DNA of 60,069 nucleotides from Gemmatimonadales bacterium (GCA_041577295.1 JBFGJG010000028.1:1-60069), one strand, 5' to 3'; shown: positions 1 to 10,268, counted from the first letter of the stretch. Program-made: numbers and translations. The notes: generated from the sequence alone by a model not told the origin.

Positions 1-495
1 CTTGGCGAAACGACCCTCCCGGGTTCGGACGACATAAACCCGCGCCTTGGGCTCGAGCAGGTGGCTCAGGAAGTTGTAATCGTACCAGTCGGCGACGGCC
101 GGGTTTGTCGTGTCAGACGCAACGCGATTCTCCATGTACTCACCACTCGGGGGATGCACAAGCGCATCAAAGCGCACCGTTTCGGCGATCGCGATCCTCC
201 CGCTCGTCATGATATGGAAGCGGCGAAAGGCAAGATCCCATCCTGTGGTGTCTGGCGGTGCCTGGACTGCGGCGCGGTCGAAATCGAAGAAGCGCCACAC
301 CGTAGGGTTCCGCGCGTCAATGGTAACGGTGTCCCCGCGCGCGGTATCACCCTCGAGTATCCTGGCTCCCATGGGTGAAGGCGCGAATGTCGGCAGAGTC
401 CTCCGCACAAACGACGCGGTAATCAAGTAAGCGACGATTAGGAGAAACAGTGCGAAGACCACCAGGACTCCGACGGGAACGCGCCCCCGCCACAT
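1..495 (-). CDS. HmuY-family (heme-binding-like) protein, runs off the left window edge
   Basis: Manual translation from ATG 495 is open to base 1: MWRGRVPVGVLVVFALFLLIVAYLITASF (TM anchor)...WRFFDF...GWDLAFRRFHI...WYDYNFLSHLLEPKARVYVVRTREGRFAK, which resembles HmuY motifs. Absent from the ORF track, probably because there is no stop in the window. Confidence 0.75.
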   Translation of the reverse strand, partial: MWRGRVPVGVLVVFALFLLIVAYLITASFVRRTLPTFAPSPMGARILEGDTARGDTVTIDARNPTVWRFFDFDRAAVQAPPDTTGWDLAFRRFHIMTSGRIAIAETVRFDALVHPPSGEYMENRVASDTTNPAVADWYDYNFLSHLLEPKARVYVVRTREGRFAK

Positions 496-538
496 TGCCC
501 GCGCTGGGGTACCGTGATCGATCCAGGGTTGCAAGGAA

Positions 539-1300
539 TCAGAGGGCGGTGTTGAGAAACGCAACGATCGCTGCGGCCGCGAGATCAGCATGCCGCTGGA
601 GGGTGAACAGGTGGTCCGCACCGGGGATTGCCGAGAACCAGCGGGGTTGCGTGGCCGCGTTGAAAATCGCCTCGCCCTCCTCGATCGCTACGATACGATC
701 GGCCGTGCCATGCACGACCTGCAGTGGGCGACCGAGCGACGTAATGTGTTGCAGGGTCGCATGCTCCTCGAGGTCACGAAAGAACGCAGCGGAGATGGCA
801 AAGGTGCGGCCGGCAAGCTTGACGGTCACGCGTCCTGAGTTGAGGGCTGCCTTCACATCCCGATCCGTAAACAGATGCCGAACATGGTCGGCGCTCGAAG
901 GAGCAGCCACGACCGTTACGGCCTTGACTGTTGCGACATTGCCGGCGGCCAGGAGCGTTGCGGCGCCCCCAAGGCTGTGGCCCACCAGGGCGCAGGGTCC
1001 GTAGCCCTTCTGCTCCATGAAGCGCGCCGCGGCCTCGATGTCGGCGACATTGGTGGTGACCGTGGTATCGGCAAAGTCCCCTTCGCTCTCCCCCAATCCC
1101 GTGAAGTCGTAGCGGAGCACGGCATAGCCCCCGTCCTCGATGCCGGTGGCGAGTTGCTTCGTGATCTTCAGCGACTTGGAGCAGGTGAAGCAATGCGACA
1201 ACACCACGCCCCCGCGCGGTCGGTTCGAGGGAATCTGTAAGCGACCAGACAGCGCACCCGTACTGCCGGGGAACTGAACGATTTCGTGACGGTGGGTCAT
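539..1300 (-). CDS. Alpha/beta hydrolase, similar to the N-terminal domain of hydrolase/OsmC fusions
   Basis: HCFTCSK, RYDFTGLGESEG, nucleophile GHSLG, VHGTAD, GADH. Start moved to ATG 1300 (MTHRHEIV). Confidence 0.85.
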   Translation of the reverse strand: MTHRHEIVQFPGSTGALSGRLQIPSNRPRGGVVLSHCFTCSKSLKITKQLATGIEDGGYAVLRYDFTGLGESEGDFADTTVTTNVADIEAAARFMEQKGYGPCALVGHSLGGAATLLAAGNVATVKAVTVVAAPSSADHVRHLFTDRDVKAALNSGRVTVKLAGRTFAISAAFFRDLEEHATLQHITSLGRPLQVVHGTADRIVAIEEGEAIFNAATQPRWFSAIPGADHLFTLQRHADLAAAAIVAFLNTAL

Positions 1301-1308
1301 CCGTGGGG

Positions 1309-1431
1309 GTGGGGAGGGGGAAGTGAAAAGTGGGTTGTTTCGAGGGTGAGGCAAACTCCCATGTGCGGGTCGAGCATCGGCCGTGACTGTGGAAATAGAA
1401 CGTCCCACTCCCCGCTTCCCACGCTCCACTC
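1309..1431. repeat. Inverted pair of degenerate heptamer arrays
   Basis: GTGGGGA/GGGGGAA/GTGAAAA/GTGGG (1309-1334) and CCCACTC/CCCGCTT/CCCACGC/TCCACTC (1404-1431). Confidence 0.65.
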
Positions 1432-1433
1432 CG

Positions 1434-2516
1434 TCATGTCGCGATAATGCCGCCGCCGAGTACCAGGTTACCGTCGTACAAGACACCTGACTGACCGCCG
1501 GTGATCGCGCGGGCGGGGGCAGCGAGGTCGAGAGTCAGGGTACCGCCACCGGATCCAACGTCTCGTACCCGGGCGGGGAGCGCGCGGGCACGGTAGCGCA
1601 CCTGTACCTCGCATGTGTCGCCGGGGGCGAGCGGGTCGGCGAGCCAGTTGATCTCGTCGATCGTCACGACATGACCATACAGCTCATCTGCGGTGCCAAT
1701 GACCACGGCGCGATCTTCGGGTTCGATGGCCACCACGTACATGGGCTCGGCGAAGCCACCGGGTAGGCCGCGCCGCTGACCGATGGTAAAGCGTGCGAAC
1801 CCGTCGTGGTGACCGACGACGTTGCCAGCTGTCGTGCGGATGGGGCCAACTGCGAGTGCCGGGGAACCCTGCGGCAGATGCTGCTCGAGCACCGCCGCGT
1901 AGTTCCCATCGGGGACGAAACAGATCTCGACCGACTCCTTCTTATCGGCCGTCACCAACCCCAGCTTTCGAGCGATCGCTCGGGTCTGGTCCTTGGTGAG
2001 CTCGCCAACCGGCGTCAGCATCCTCGGCAGGACCGCGCGGTCGATCCCCCACATGAAATAGCTCTGATCCTTGGCGGCGTCTGTGCCGCGAAAGAGCGAT
2101 CCGTGTCGTGCGATCACATAATGACCTGTGGCCACGTAATCACAGTCGAGCGCGTCGGCGTGCACTACGAGATCGCGAAACTTGGTGAACGAGTTGCAGC
2201 GTACGCAGGGAATCGGGGTACGGCCACGCGCGTATTCGGACACAAAGTTTTCGATGACATCGTGGCGGAAACGACTCTCAAAATTCAGGACATAGTGAGG
2301 AATGCCGATTTTGTTGGCTACGAGCGCCGCATCGGTGATGGAGTCCAGCGAACAGCACGGACGGTCCGGCACGGTGTCGCCGTAGCAGAACAGCTTCATG
2401 GTAGCGCCAATGACGTCGTAACCCGTGTCCGCGAGCACCGCCGCGGCGACCGAACTGTCGACGCCGCCGGACATGGCTACTAACACACGGTTCCTCTCCT
2501 TCGGTCCTTCGATCAT
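1434..2516 (-). CDS. mnmA: tRNA-specific 2-thiouridylase MnmA
   Basis: PP-loop [43 protein letters not shown]. Start ATG 2516 with SD GAAGGA. Confidence 0.95.
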   Translation of the reverse strand: MIEGPKERNRVLVAMSGGVDSSVAAAVLADTGYDVIGATMKLFCYGDTVPDRPCCSLDSITDAALVANKIGIPHYVLNFESRFRHDVIENFVSEYARGRTPIPCVRCNSFTKFRDLVVHADALDCDYVATGHYVIARHGSLFRGTDAAKDQSYFMWGIDRAVLPRMLTPVGELTKDQTRAIARKLGLVTADKKESVEICFVPDGNYAAVLEQHLPQGSPALAVGPIRTTAGNVVGHHDGFARFTIGQRRGLPGGFAEPMYVVAIEPEDRAVVIGTADELYGHVVTIDEINWLADPLAPGDTCEVQVRYRARALPARVRDVGSGGGTLTLDLAAPARAITGGQSGVLYDGNLVLGGGIIAT

Positions 2517-2524
2517 TCGGTCCT

Positions 2525-3709
2525 TCAAACGTTCCGACCTTCCATCTTCTCCGCCAGCTTGCGGACTTTCGCGACGACCGCTGGCAGTACCTCGACAACG
2601 CGGTCGACGTCCTGCTTGCTGTTGTCTTTCCGGAACGAGAACCGCAGTGATCCCATGGCCCGCTCCGGTGGAGTCCCAAGTGCTGAGAGCACGTGCGAGG
2701 TGCTCAGGCTGCCCGTGCTGCATGCCGATCCAGATGAACAGGCGATCCCAGCCATGTCGAGGTGCATCATCAGCGATTCCGCATCCGTACCCGCAAAGGA
2801 GACGCTCGAGATGTGTGGAGCACGCTCGCCCGCGGCGCCGTTGATGTCGATGTCCGGGATCGCCGCTTGGAGTTGGCGTTCGAGATCGTCTCGCAGATTG
2901 CGCGTGTGGCTCGCTGCCTCCTCACGCTCGGCCACCGCAAGGCCCACCGCCGTTCCCAGCCCCACGGCCCCCGACACGTTCTCGGTGCCCGGCCGGACCC
3001 CCTGTTGCTGACCGCCGCCGTGGATGAGCGGGCTGACCATTTGGGGATCCCTCGTGATCAAGGCACCGATCCCCTTTGGTGCGCCGATCTTGTGTCCTGA
3101 GATCGTCAGCATGGTGATTGCGCTGTGATCGAGTGCGCAGGAGATCTTGCCCACCGCCTGGACCGCGTCGGTATGCACGGGCGTGCCAGTCTCCCCACAT
3201 ACATCGGCGACGTCAGCGAGGTTGGTGATCAAGCCAGTTTCGTTATTGACCCACATCACGCTGACCACCGCAACACCACGCCCTATCGCCTCACGCAGCA
3301 CGTCCAGATCCACACGGCCGGCCTCGTCTACAGGCAACACGATGCGCTCGCCGCCTAAATACTCGACCGCCTCCGCCGCTGCGAGGACGGCTTTGTGCTC
3401 CACCGCACTGACTGCCACGCGGAACGGCCCGCCGCGATCCCGAGCCGCCAACGCCGCTCCGATCACCGCGAGGTTGTCTGCCTCTGTCCCGCCTGAGGTG
3501 AAGACCACCTGTGACGGCTTGGCGCCCAACGACTCGGCGATCGAACGACGCGCGGTCTCCAGGCCTGCCCGGGCGGTCCGACCGAATCGGTGGGACGAGC
3601 TAGGGTTGCCAAAGGCCTCGTCGCCCAGGAAGGGGAGCATGGCATCCCGAACTTCCCAGCGAACCGGTGTGGTGGCCGCATTGTCCAAATAGATGAATCG
3701 CTCGGTCAT
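2525..3709 (-). CDS. iscS: Cysteine desulfurase (IscS/NifS group I)
   Basis: [21 protein letters not shown] lysine [10 protein letters not shown], catalytic SSGSACS. Confidence 0.9.
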   Translation of the reverse strand: MTERFIYLDNAATTPVRWEVRDAMLPFLGDEAFGNPSSSHRFGRTARAGLETARRSIAESLGAKPSQVVFTSGGTEADNLAVIGAALAARDRGGPFRVAVSAVEHKAVLAAAEAVEYLGGERIVLPVDEAGRVDLDVLREAIGRGVAVVSVMWVNNETGLITNLADVADVCGETGTPVHTDAVQAVGKISCALDHSAITMLTISGHKIGAPKGIGALITRDPQMVSPLIHGGGQQQGVRPGTENVSGAVGLGTAVGLAVAEREEAASHTRNLRDDLERQLQAAIPDIDINGAAGERAPHISSVSFAGTDAESLMMHLDMAGIACSSGSACSTGSLSTSHVLSALGTPPERAMGSLRFSFRKDNSKQDVDRVVEVLPAVVAKVRKLAEKMEGRNV

Positions 3710-3762
3710 GTGCAATGAAAGGTAGTGGGGGGAGGACAGAGGAGGGAGTCGGAACGTAGGCC

Positions 3763-4485
3763 TTACATGCTCGGTACGCTCATCGAGACCACATCATCAA
3801 TGCGCACTGTTTCATGCGTCATGAAGGGCTCTCCGTAGCGCGTGCGGATGAGGCTGCCGTAATGTGCGTTTTGGGTCTCAATGAGCTCGTACAGACTTTG
3901 ACCTGTCGGAAAGATCTCACCCGCCGCCTTGGCGCCGGCGAACTGAGAGGCGTAGCAGCGGATGGCCTCCATCTTCTTCGCAAACTCGTCCGAGATATCC
4001 ACGACGAAGCTGGGCTTCACCGGATCCTCACGGTACGCGAGGGCGTACAGAATCTTGGCAGGACGGTGCGGCTCACCCGGCGCCTCGTACCTGGCAAGTC
4101 CCGCGAGATAACAGGCGTCACGGCAGAGCTCTGACGCGATGCGGTGATCGGGGTGTCTCCCAATGGGAAAGGGAAGGATCACAACGGTTGGCCCCAGCCT
4201 TCGCACGAGCGCGACCACCGCCCGCCGGGTCTCGTCGCTGTTGTGAAGGTGCGCATCGGGGAGCCCGGCGTTCACCCGCGTGGTGAGCCCCATGACCCGC
4301 GCCGCCGCCGCCGCTTCGTTGGCGCGCTGATCGGCGGATCCACGGGTGCCCATCTCGCCGCGCGTGAGGTCGATGATGCCGGTGCGATACCCCGCGCGAG
4401 CGGACTTGATGAGCGTGCCGGCGCAGGTCAGCTCGACGTCGTCGGGATGCGCCGCGATGGCGAGGAGATCGACCGTGTCGGTCAT
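3763..4485 (-). CDS. bshB1: Bacillithiol biosynthesis deacetylase BshB1 (PIG-L family)
   Basis: AHPDDVE, DLTRGEMGTRG, RHPDH, VDIS..F.KKMEAI.CYASQF, YGEPF. Confidence 0.85.
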   Translation of the reverse strand: MTDTVDLLAIAAHPDDVELTCAGTLIKSARAGYRTGIIDLTRGEMGTRGSADQRANEAAAAARVMGLTTRVNAGLPDAHLHNSDETRRAVVALVRRLGPTVVILPFPIGRHPDHRIASELCRDACYLAGLARYEAPGEPHRPAKILYALAYREDPVKPSFVVDISDEFAKKMEAIRCYASQFAGAKAAGEIFPTGQSLYELIETQNAHYGSLIRTRYGEPFMTHETVRIDDVVSMSVPSM

Positions 4486-4491
4486 GACGCA

Positions 4492-5733
4492 CTACTCATA
4501 TCGAAGGGCCTCGACAGGATCGAGTCTGGCGGCGCGGCTCGCGGGGAGCAGACCAAAAGCCAAGCCGATGGCGATCGAGACCCCTACGGCCATACCGGCG
4601 CTCCAGAGCGGTGGCCCGCCTTCGAAGCCGAGGAACCCCTTGATTCCTTGGCCAGCGCCAAGACCGAGCAACACGCCGAGGCCGCCACCCACGAGCGTGA
4701 GCGTTGCCGCCTCGACGAGGAACTGCCAAAGAATCTCCTTTCGTGTGGCACCAACCGCCTTGCGCACGCCAATCTCCCTGGTTCTGTCGGTGACCGACAC
4801 CATCATGATTCCCATCACGCCGATACCGCCCACCATGAGCGCAACGCTGGAGAGGGCGATCATCACAAGAAAGAATACCGAGGTCAACTGATTGAAGATG
4901 TCGAGTATCTGATCTTGAGTGATGAGGTCGAACGTGTTCGGCTCCCCGGGTCGTAGGCCGCGTGCGCGTCGGAGAGCAACGGTCACCGCATCTTGCGCGT
5001 CGGTCACCGTCACCCCATCGCGGGGCTTCACCACGATCCACAGTGCATTGGTCTCGTCGTATCGAAAGTACCGCCGTCCCGTTTCGTAGGGTACGATGGC
5101 CGCGATCTCTTGCGTGGGCGGCTGAAAGATGTTGGCGGGTGTCTGATAGACGCCGATGATTCGTAGCGGGCGACCGCCGATGCGCACGGCTTTCCCGAGT
5201 GGGTTCTCTCGTCCGAACAGTTTGTTGGCGAACGTCTCCTCGAGAACGACGACAGGATCGCCTCCACGCAGCTCGGCCTCCGTGTAGAATCGTCCGGCGG
5301 CGAGCGTGCCGCCCGAGATCTCCATATAGTGGTCGTCTGCCGCATAGACCAGGGCCATCCTGGTGGAGGCAGCACCGTATTCGAGGCGCTGCATGACTTG
5401 GATCCAGATGCCGCTGTACGCCACTTCGGGAAGCTGCTCGATGAGCCTGGCCTCCTCCGCCTTGAGCACCGGACGGATGCGAACTTCACGAGGCAACGCA
5501 TCTGGGTTGAGGGGTGTTTGGGAGAAGAAACGCATGATGTAGAACGTGGTTGGCCCGGCGACCTCGATCGTGTTGATGATCTGAACCCGCAGCCCGGCCA
5601 CGATCGAGGCCATGGCCATCACAGTGGAGACGCCGATCACCACTCCCAGAATGGTGAGCCCTGACCGCATCTTGTTTTCCCAAATCGCCGCGAGGGCGAT
5701 GCCAATGCCCTCGCCGATCGTTTGGAGCCGCAT
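4492..5733 (-). CDS. MacB/FtsX-type ABC permease (B' copy)
   Basis: RSGLTILGVVIG, periplasmic domain, VGGIGVMGIMMVSVTDRTREIGVRKAVGA, LDPVEALRYE. Confidence 0.92.
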   Translation of the reverse strand: MRLQTIGEGIGIALAAIWENKMRSGLTILGVVIGVSTVMAMASIVAGLRVQIINTIEVAGPTTFYIMRFFSQTPLNPDALPREVRIRPVLKAEEARLIEQLPEVAYSGIWIQVMQRLEYGAASTRMALVYAADDHYMEISGGTLAAGRFYTEAELRGGDPVVVLEETFANKLFGRENPLGKAVRIGGRPLRIIGVYQTPANIFQPPTQEIAAIVPYETGRRYFRYDETNALWIVVKPRDGVTVTDAQDAVTVALRRARGLRPGEPNTFDLITQDQILDIFNQLTSVFFLVMIALSSVALMVGGIGVMGIMMVSVTDRTREIGVRKAVGATRKEILWQFLVEAATLTLVGGGLGVLLGLGAGQGIKGFLGFEGGPPLWSAGMAVGVSIAIGLAFGLLPASRAARLDPVEALRYE

Positions 5734-5787
5734 ATCAAGTCTCCAAAACCGCGCAGCTTAGTCTCAACTCACAACTCACTGGTTTCT

Positions 5788-7035
5788 CTACTTCTCGTAT
5801 CTCAGGGCGATGATCGGGTCGAGTCGCGCAGCGCGAGCCGCGGGATAGACACCGAAGAGCACTCCAATCCCCGCGCCCAGCGTCATCGCGATCCCCACGG
5901 ACCAGAGCGTCACGCGGGCGGGGAGGGGCGACAGGGTCGCGACGGCGAGAGCGAGCGCCCACCCGGCCAGCACTCCAACCACGGCGCCTGTCAGCGAGAG
6001 CGTGACGCTCTCGGCCAAAAACTGTCGCAGAATGTCTCCGCGGCGGGCACCGAGCGATTTGCGTATGCCGATCTCACGCGTGCGCTCTCGCACGGACATC
6101 AACATGATGTTCATGATCACGATCCCCCCGACCACGAGACCGATTCCGACCACGGTGGGAATCACGGCAAAGAGGACCTGGGTGAGGCTCGTCCAAAACG
6201 CGACCAGAACATCTGCTTTGTCAACGGTGAAGTCGTTTGCCTCGTTGGGGCGAAGCCGCCGGGCAATGCGCATCGCCTCCTCCGCCCGGGCCATCGCGTC
6301 GGGGAGTTGTTGTGCGTTTGCCATCTTGACCGAGATGGTGAGCGTTTGGCGACGCCCGTACACCGACTCGAAGGTACTTAGCGGCAGCATCACGAAGCCA
6401 TCCCACGACTGCCCAAGCACCGTTCCTTTTTTCGCAGTGACGCCCTTCACCGTGACTGGTAGCTGCCCGACCCGGATGCGCCGTCCGATCCCTTGTTCTG
6501 GTTCATCGAACATCTTTTCGGCGACGTCCCATCCGAGCACCGCGAAGTAGCGACGCTCTCGGACGTCGACGTCGGTCAGCGGCTCGCCGGCCGCAAACGC
6601 GTAATCCTGGACGGTCTGGTACGGAGCCGTGATTCCAAAGACGAGCACGTCTCCAACGGTACGATTGCGCCAGTGGAGGTCGACCTGTGGCGTCGGCCAG
6701 CCGGACTGGAGTCCCACGGCTCTCGCATCCGGGAGTGCTCGTCGAACGAACTCGTAGTCGCGATCGTCGATCAGGGGGCGCTGTTGAATCCGCCGCCACT
6801 CCTCGTCGTCCAACTGGCCCACATTGATCGGTTCCCGCCGCACCTGAAACGCGTTCGTGCCCACGATGGCTCCTGCCAGCTTCTCGGACACGTACGCGTT
6901 CATGCCCTGGATCACCGCAACGACTGTCACCAAAAACGCGACAGAAACGATGATACCGAGCACGGTGAAAAACGAGCGAAGCCGATGCCCGAAGATCGCT
7001 TGTAGGGCGAGGCGCAGTCCTTCTCCGATTGGCAT
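5788..7035 (-). CDS. MacB/FtsX-type ABC permease (A' copy)
   Basis: VVGGIVIMNIMLMSVRERTREIGIRKSLGA, LDPIIALRYE. Confidence 0.92.
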   Translation of the reverse strand: MPIGEGLRLALQAIFGHRLRSFFTVLGIIVSVAFLVTVVAVIQGMNAYVSEKLAGAIVGTNAFQVRREPINVGQLDDEEWRRIQQRPLIDDRDYEFVRRALPDARAVGLQSGWPTPQVDLHWRNRTVGDVLVFGITAPYQTVQDYAFAAGEPLTDVDVRERRYFAVLGWDVAEKMFDEPEQGIGRRIRVGQLPVTVKGVTAKKGTVLGQSWDGFVMLPLSTFESVYGRRQTLTISVKMANAQQLPDAMARAEEAMRIARRLRPNEANDFTVDKADVLVAFWTSLTQVLFAVIPTVVGIGLVVGGIVIMNIMLMSVRERTREIGIRKSLGARRGDILRQFLAESVTLSLTGAVVGVLAGWALALAVATLSPLPARVTLWSVGIAMTLGAGIGVLFGVYPAARAARLDPIIALRYEK

Positions 7036-7045
7036 GGTGACCGAA

Positions 7046-7074
7046 AATTTAGAAGGGTGGTCCGGAACCGTCCA
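7046..7074 (-). promoter_or_regulatory. Putative sigma70-type internal promoter
   Basis: TGGACG(7074-7069)-N17-TAAATT(7051-7046), 10 nt upstream of ATG 7035. Confidence 0.45.
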
Positions 7075-7092
7075 AAGTGACGGAGTCGTGGG

Positions 7093-8328
7093 CTACTCGT
7101 AGCGCAGGGCGTCGACGGGGTCCAGCTTGGCGGCTTTGGCTGCTGGGTAGAGCCCAAACGCCACGCCCGTGAGGACGGACACCGCTAGCGCGGCAACGAT
7201 CGAGATGACGGGAACGTTGGCCGGAAGGGGTGTGGCACTCTTCACGATGGAGCTCACCAGCCCGCCCAGCGCCAAGCCAACCACTCCGCCAACCGCGGTG
7301 AGGGTCGCGGCCTCCACCAGGAACTGCCACAGGATCTCTCGGCGTTTGGCTCCGAGCGCTTTGCGGATTCCGATCTCACGAGTCCGCTCTGTGACGGAGA
7401 TCATCATGATGGCGATCACGCCCACACCGCCCACCATGAGGCCAACGCTCGATAACACGATCATCACGAAGAAAAAGATGCCCGTCATCTGATTCCAGCT
7501 CTCGAGGAGCTTGTCCTGCGTGACGATGAAGAAGTCGTTCTCCTCCGCCGGTCGCAGTCCTCGCGACGCTCGCAGCGCGGCGGTTACGTCGTCGATGGCG
7601 GTCTGCACGGTAACATTTGACGATGGCAGTACGAGGAATGCCATCCAGCCTCGGAAGTGCGGCACGTACTTCTGGAACGTGCTATGAGGGACAATGGCGT
7701 GCGGCTTATTACCCTCGCCGAACAGATCGGGCGGCGGAGTGTACACGCCAACGACGTCGAACGGCACGCCGGCGATGTGGATGCGCCGCCCGATGGGGTC
7801 ACGCAGGCCGAACATCTCCTCTGCCAGTCTGTTACTGATTACGGTTACGCGGCTCCTAGCCTGAAACTCGAGATTGGTGAACGACCGACCTGGGAACACG
7901 TCGCCCCCCGAGACCTCGAGCCACCGTGGTCCTCGTCCATTGATGCTGATTGAGCTGAGCGACCGATTTCCGTGTTCGACGGCCGCGTTGGTTTGTTCAT
8001 CGACCACCACGGCGCTGACGGTGGGGAGTGCCGCGAGCTGCTCCGCCTCTTCTGGCTCGAGCGGCGGATAGCGAAGCCAGGGGCTCGTTTCCTCGGTCCC
8101 ATCGGACACATGGACTCCGGCCGAGAAATACCGAAACACAAAGAAGGTGCGCGGGCCCAGCTGGTTGAAGAGGTCCTCGACACCGCGATTGATACCCGAG
8201 ATCATCGAACCGATGACCATGACCACCATCACCCCGATGGCAACGCCAAGAATGGTCAGCGCTGCCCGCACCTTGTTGGCGCGGATGGCGTCGAGCGCGA
8301 TCCCGATCCCTTCGAGGAGCGGTGTCAC
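7093..8328 (-). CDS. MacB/FtsX-type ABC permease (B copy)
   Basis: RAALTILGVAIG, VGGVGVIAIMMISVTERTREIGIRKALGA, LDPVDALRYE. GTGA overlap with the upstream permease. Confidence 0.92.
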   Translation of the reverse strand: MTPLLEGIGIALDAIRANKVRAALTILGVAIGVMVVMVIGSMISGINRGVEDLFNQLGPRTFFVFRYFSAGVHVSDGTEETSPWLRYPPLEPEEAEQLAALPTVSAVVVDEQTNAAVEHGNRSLSSISINGRGPRWLEVSGGDVFPGRSFTNLEFQARSRVTVISNRLAEEMFGLRDPIGRRIHIAGVPFDVVGVYTPPPDLFGEGNKPHAIVPHSTFQKYVPHFRGWMAFLVLPSSNVTVQTAIDDVTAALRASRGLRPAEENDFFIVTQDKLLESWNQMTGIFFFVMIVLSSVGLMVGGVGVIAIMMISVTERTREIGIRKALGAKRREILWQFLVEAATLTAVGGVVGLALGGLVSSIVKSATPLPANVPVISIVAALAVSVLTGVAFGLYPAAKAAKLDPVDALRYE

Positions 8329-9569
8329 GTTTCGTGCCGAATGGCGGTGATGGGGTCGAGGCGTGCCGCCCGGCTCGCGGGATAGAGGCCGGCAGCAATG
8401 CCAACGCCTGCGCCAAGTGCGACGCCTACGATGATGGACCAGGGCACGACGCTCGCGGGGAGGGGCGTCGCAGCATCCACGATGCCCGCGAGTGCGAACC
8501 CGGTGACGACCCCGCAGGCGGCTCCCACGGTGGCCAGGGTGCTCGACTCGACGAGAAACTGGCGGAGGATATCCGCGCGCCGCGCGCCGAGCGACTTGCG
8601 GATGCCGATCTCACGCGTGCGTTCGGTGACGGCCATGAGCATGATGTTCATGATCACGATTCCACCCACGACCAGCGAGATGATCACCAGCCCCGGGAGC
8701 GCGGCCATCATGATCGCGTTGATCTTCCCCCAGAAGTCGAGTACTTCATCTGCGGTTTCCAGTACGAAGTTGTTGTCATCACCGGGGCGTAGGTGGCGAC
8801 GACTTCGCATGATCGCCTCGGCCTCGACCAGCGCGGTCCGCAGTTCTGCGGGGGTTCCAGCCTTGACCAGCATGGCGTCGATGATGCCTGGCGGGTTGAC
8901 CGCTTTCTTGACGGGTGACAGCGCGGGGGCGACGGCGAACTTGTCGAGTGACAAGCCAAACAGGTTGCCCTGGCGTTCGACCACGCCGATGACGCGATAG
9001 GGGAGACCGCGGATCTTCACCTCGCGCCCTATCGGATCGATGCCCACGAAAAGTCGCTCGGCGAGCTCGTGGCCGATGACGACGACGGGCCGACCGGCCT
9101 GCGCCTCCTGGGGACTGAAGACGCGGCCAGCCTCGATCCTCCAACCCTTGATGTCGAAGAAGCCGCCGGTTGCTCCGATTACCCAGATCTGGCGTGCAAC
9201 CTTACTGCGATACTCGATGTCGATGTCGTCCGATGATTGCCACGCGGTGGTGACGGGAACGGATATCGCCGCCTCGACCGCTTCCGCATCTTCGAATGTG
9301 ATCCGGGGACGACGCACCCAGTCGCGCCAGGTCTCGTCGCTCACGTCACCGATTTGGATGTCTGGGTAGCGGCGCAGCTGAAAGGTGTTGACGCCGAGCA
9401 AGGTGCCCGCGAACCGTTCGGTCATGTAGCGGTTCATCCCCTCGACAACCGACACGACAGCGATGAGAAACGTGACCCCAATGAAGATGCCGACCGCCGA
9501 AAAGGCGCTCTTCATCTTGTGCGCCCAGATGGTCTGAAACGCGAGTCGGAACGCCTCCCGGAACGGCAT
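8325..9569 (-). CDS. MacB/FtsX-type ABC permease (A copy)
   Basis: VVGGIVIMNIMLMAVTERTREIGIRKSLGA, LDPITAIRHE. Confidence 0.92.
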   Translation of the reverse strand: MPFREAFRLAFQTIWAHKMKSAFSAVGIFIGVTFLIAVVSVVEGMNRYMTERFAGTLLGVNTFQLRRYPDIQIGDVSDETWRDWVRRPRITFEDAEAVEAAISVPVTTAWQSSDDIDIEYRSKVARQIWVIGATGGFFDIKGWRIEAGRVFSPQEAQAGRPVVVIGHELAERLFVGIDPIGREVKIRGLPYRVIGVVERQGNLFGLSLDKFAVAPALSPVKKAVNPPGIIDAMLVKAGTPAELRTALVEAEAIMRSRRHLRPGDDNNFVLETADEVLDFWGKINAIMMAALPGLVIISLVVGGIVIMNIMLMAVTERTREIGIRKSLGARRADILRQFLVESSTLATVGAACGVVTGFALAGIVDAATPLPASVVPWSIIVGVALGAGVGIAAGLYPASRAARLDPITAIRHET

Positions 9570-9572
9570 GGC

Positions 9573-10268
9573 CTACGCGGCTTCTCGCCGGCTGTCGCTA
9601 TAAACGATTCCGTCCCGAAGCGTGATTACGCGCCCGGCCCGCGCGGCGATGTCGGGTTCGTGGGTCACCATGACGACGGTCTGACCCTGTCGCTGCAGCT
9701 GATCGAAGACCACCAAGATCTCTTCGCTGGTCACCGAATCGAGATTGCCGGTTGGCTCGTCCGCGAGCAGGATGCTCGGCTCGTTCACGAGGGCCCGCGC
9801 GATAGCGACGCGTTGCCGTTGCCCTCCGGAAAGCTCGTTGGGCTTGTGATCCATCCGATCGGCGAGTCCAACCCGCGCGAGCGCGCGTGCGGCGCGAGCG
9901 CTCCGCTCCGCAGCGCGGACACCAGCGTAAATGAGCGGTAGCTCGACGTTGTGGAGCGCGGTGGCGCGTGGGAGCAGGTTGAACGTCTGGAAGACGAACC
10001 CGATCTCCCGGTTACGTACGCGGGCGAGCATGTCGTCGTCCATGCGGGAAACCTCGACACCATTCAGCCAGTATTCGCCCGCCGTGGGAGTGTCGAGGCA
10101 GCCGATGAGGTTCATCAAGGTGGACTTCCCCGACCCCGACGGTCCCATGATCGCGACGTATTCATTCCGACGGATATCGAGGTCGACCCCTTGCAGCGCG
10201 CGGACCACCTCCACGCCCATGGCGTATTCGCGCGTGAGACCCCGGACGGCAATCAGCGCCCGGGTCAT
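9573..10268 (-). CDS. ABC transporter ATP-binding protein (MacB/LolD-like)
   Basis: Walker [10 protein letters not shown], signature LSGGQRQR, Walker [13 protein letters not shown]-loop VTHE. Confidence 0.95.
   Translation of the reverse strand: MTRALIAVRGLTREYAMGVEVVRALQGVDLDIRRNEYVAIMGPSGSGKSTLMNLIGCLDTPTAGEYWLNGVEVSRMDDDMLARVRNREIGFVFQTFNLLPRATALHNVELPLIYAGVRAAERSARAARALARVGLADRMDHKPNELSGGQRQRVAIARALVNEPSILLADEPTGNLDSVTSEEILVVFDQLQRQGQTVVMVTHEPDIAARAGRVITLRDGIVYSDSRREAA

Noticed and set aside
61..430. Plus-strand ORFs 61..378 and 110..430
   Set aside because: Shadows of the minus-strand HmuY-like frame, with no recognisable motifs
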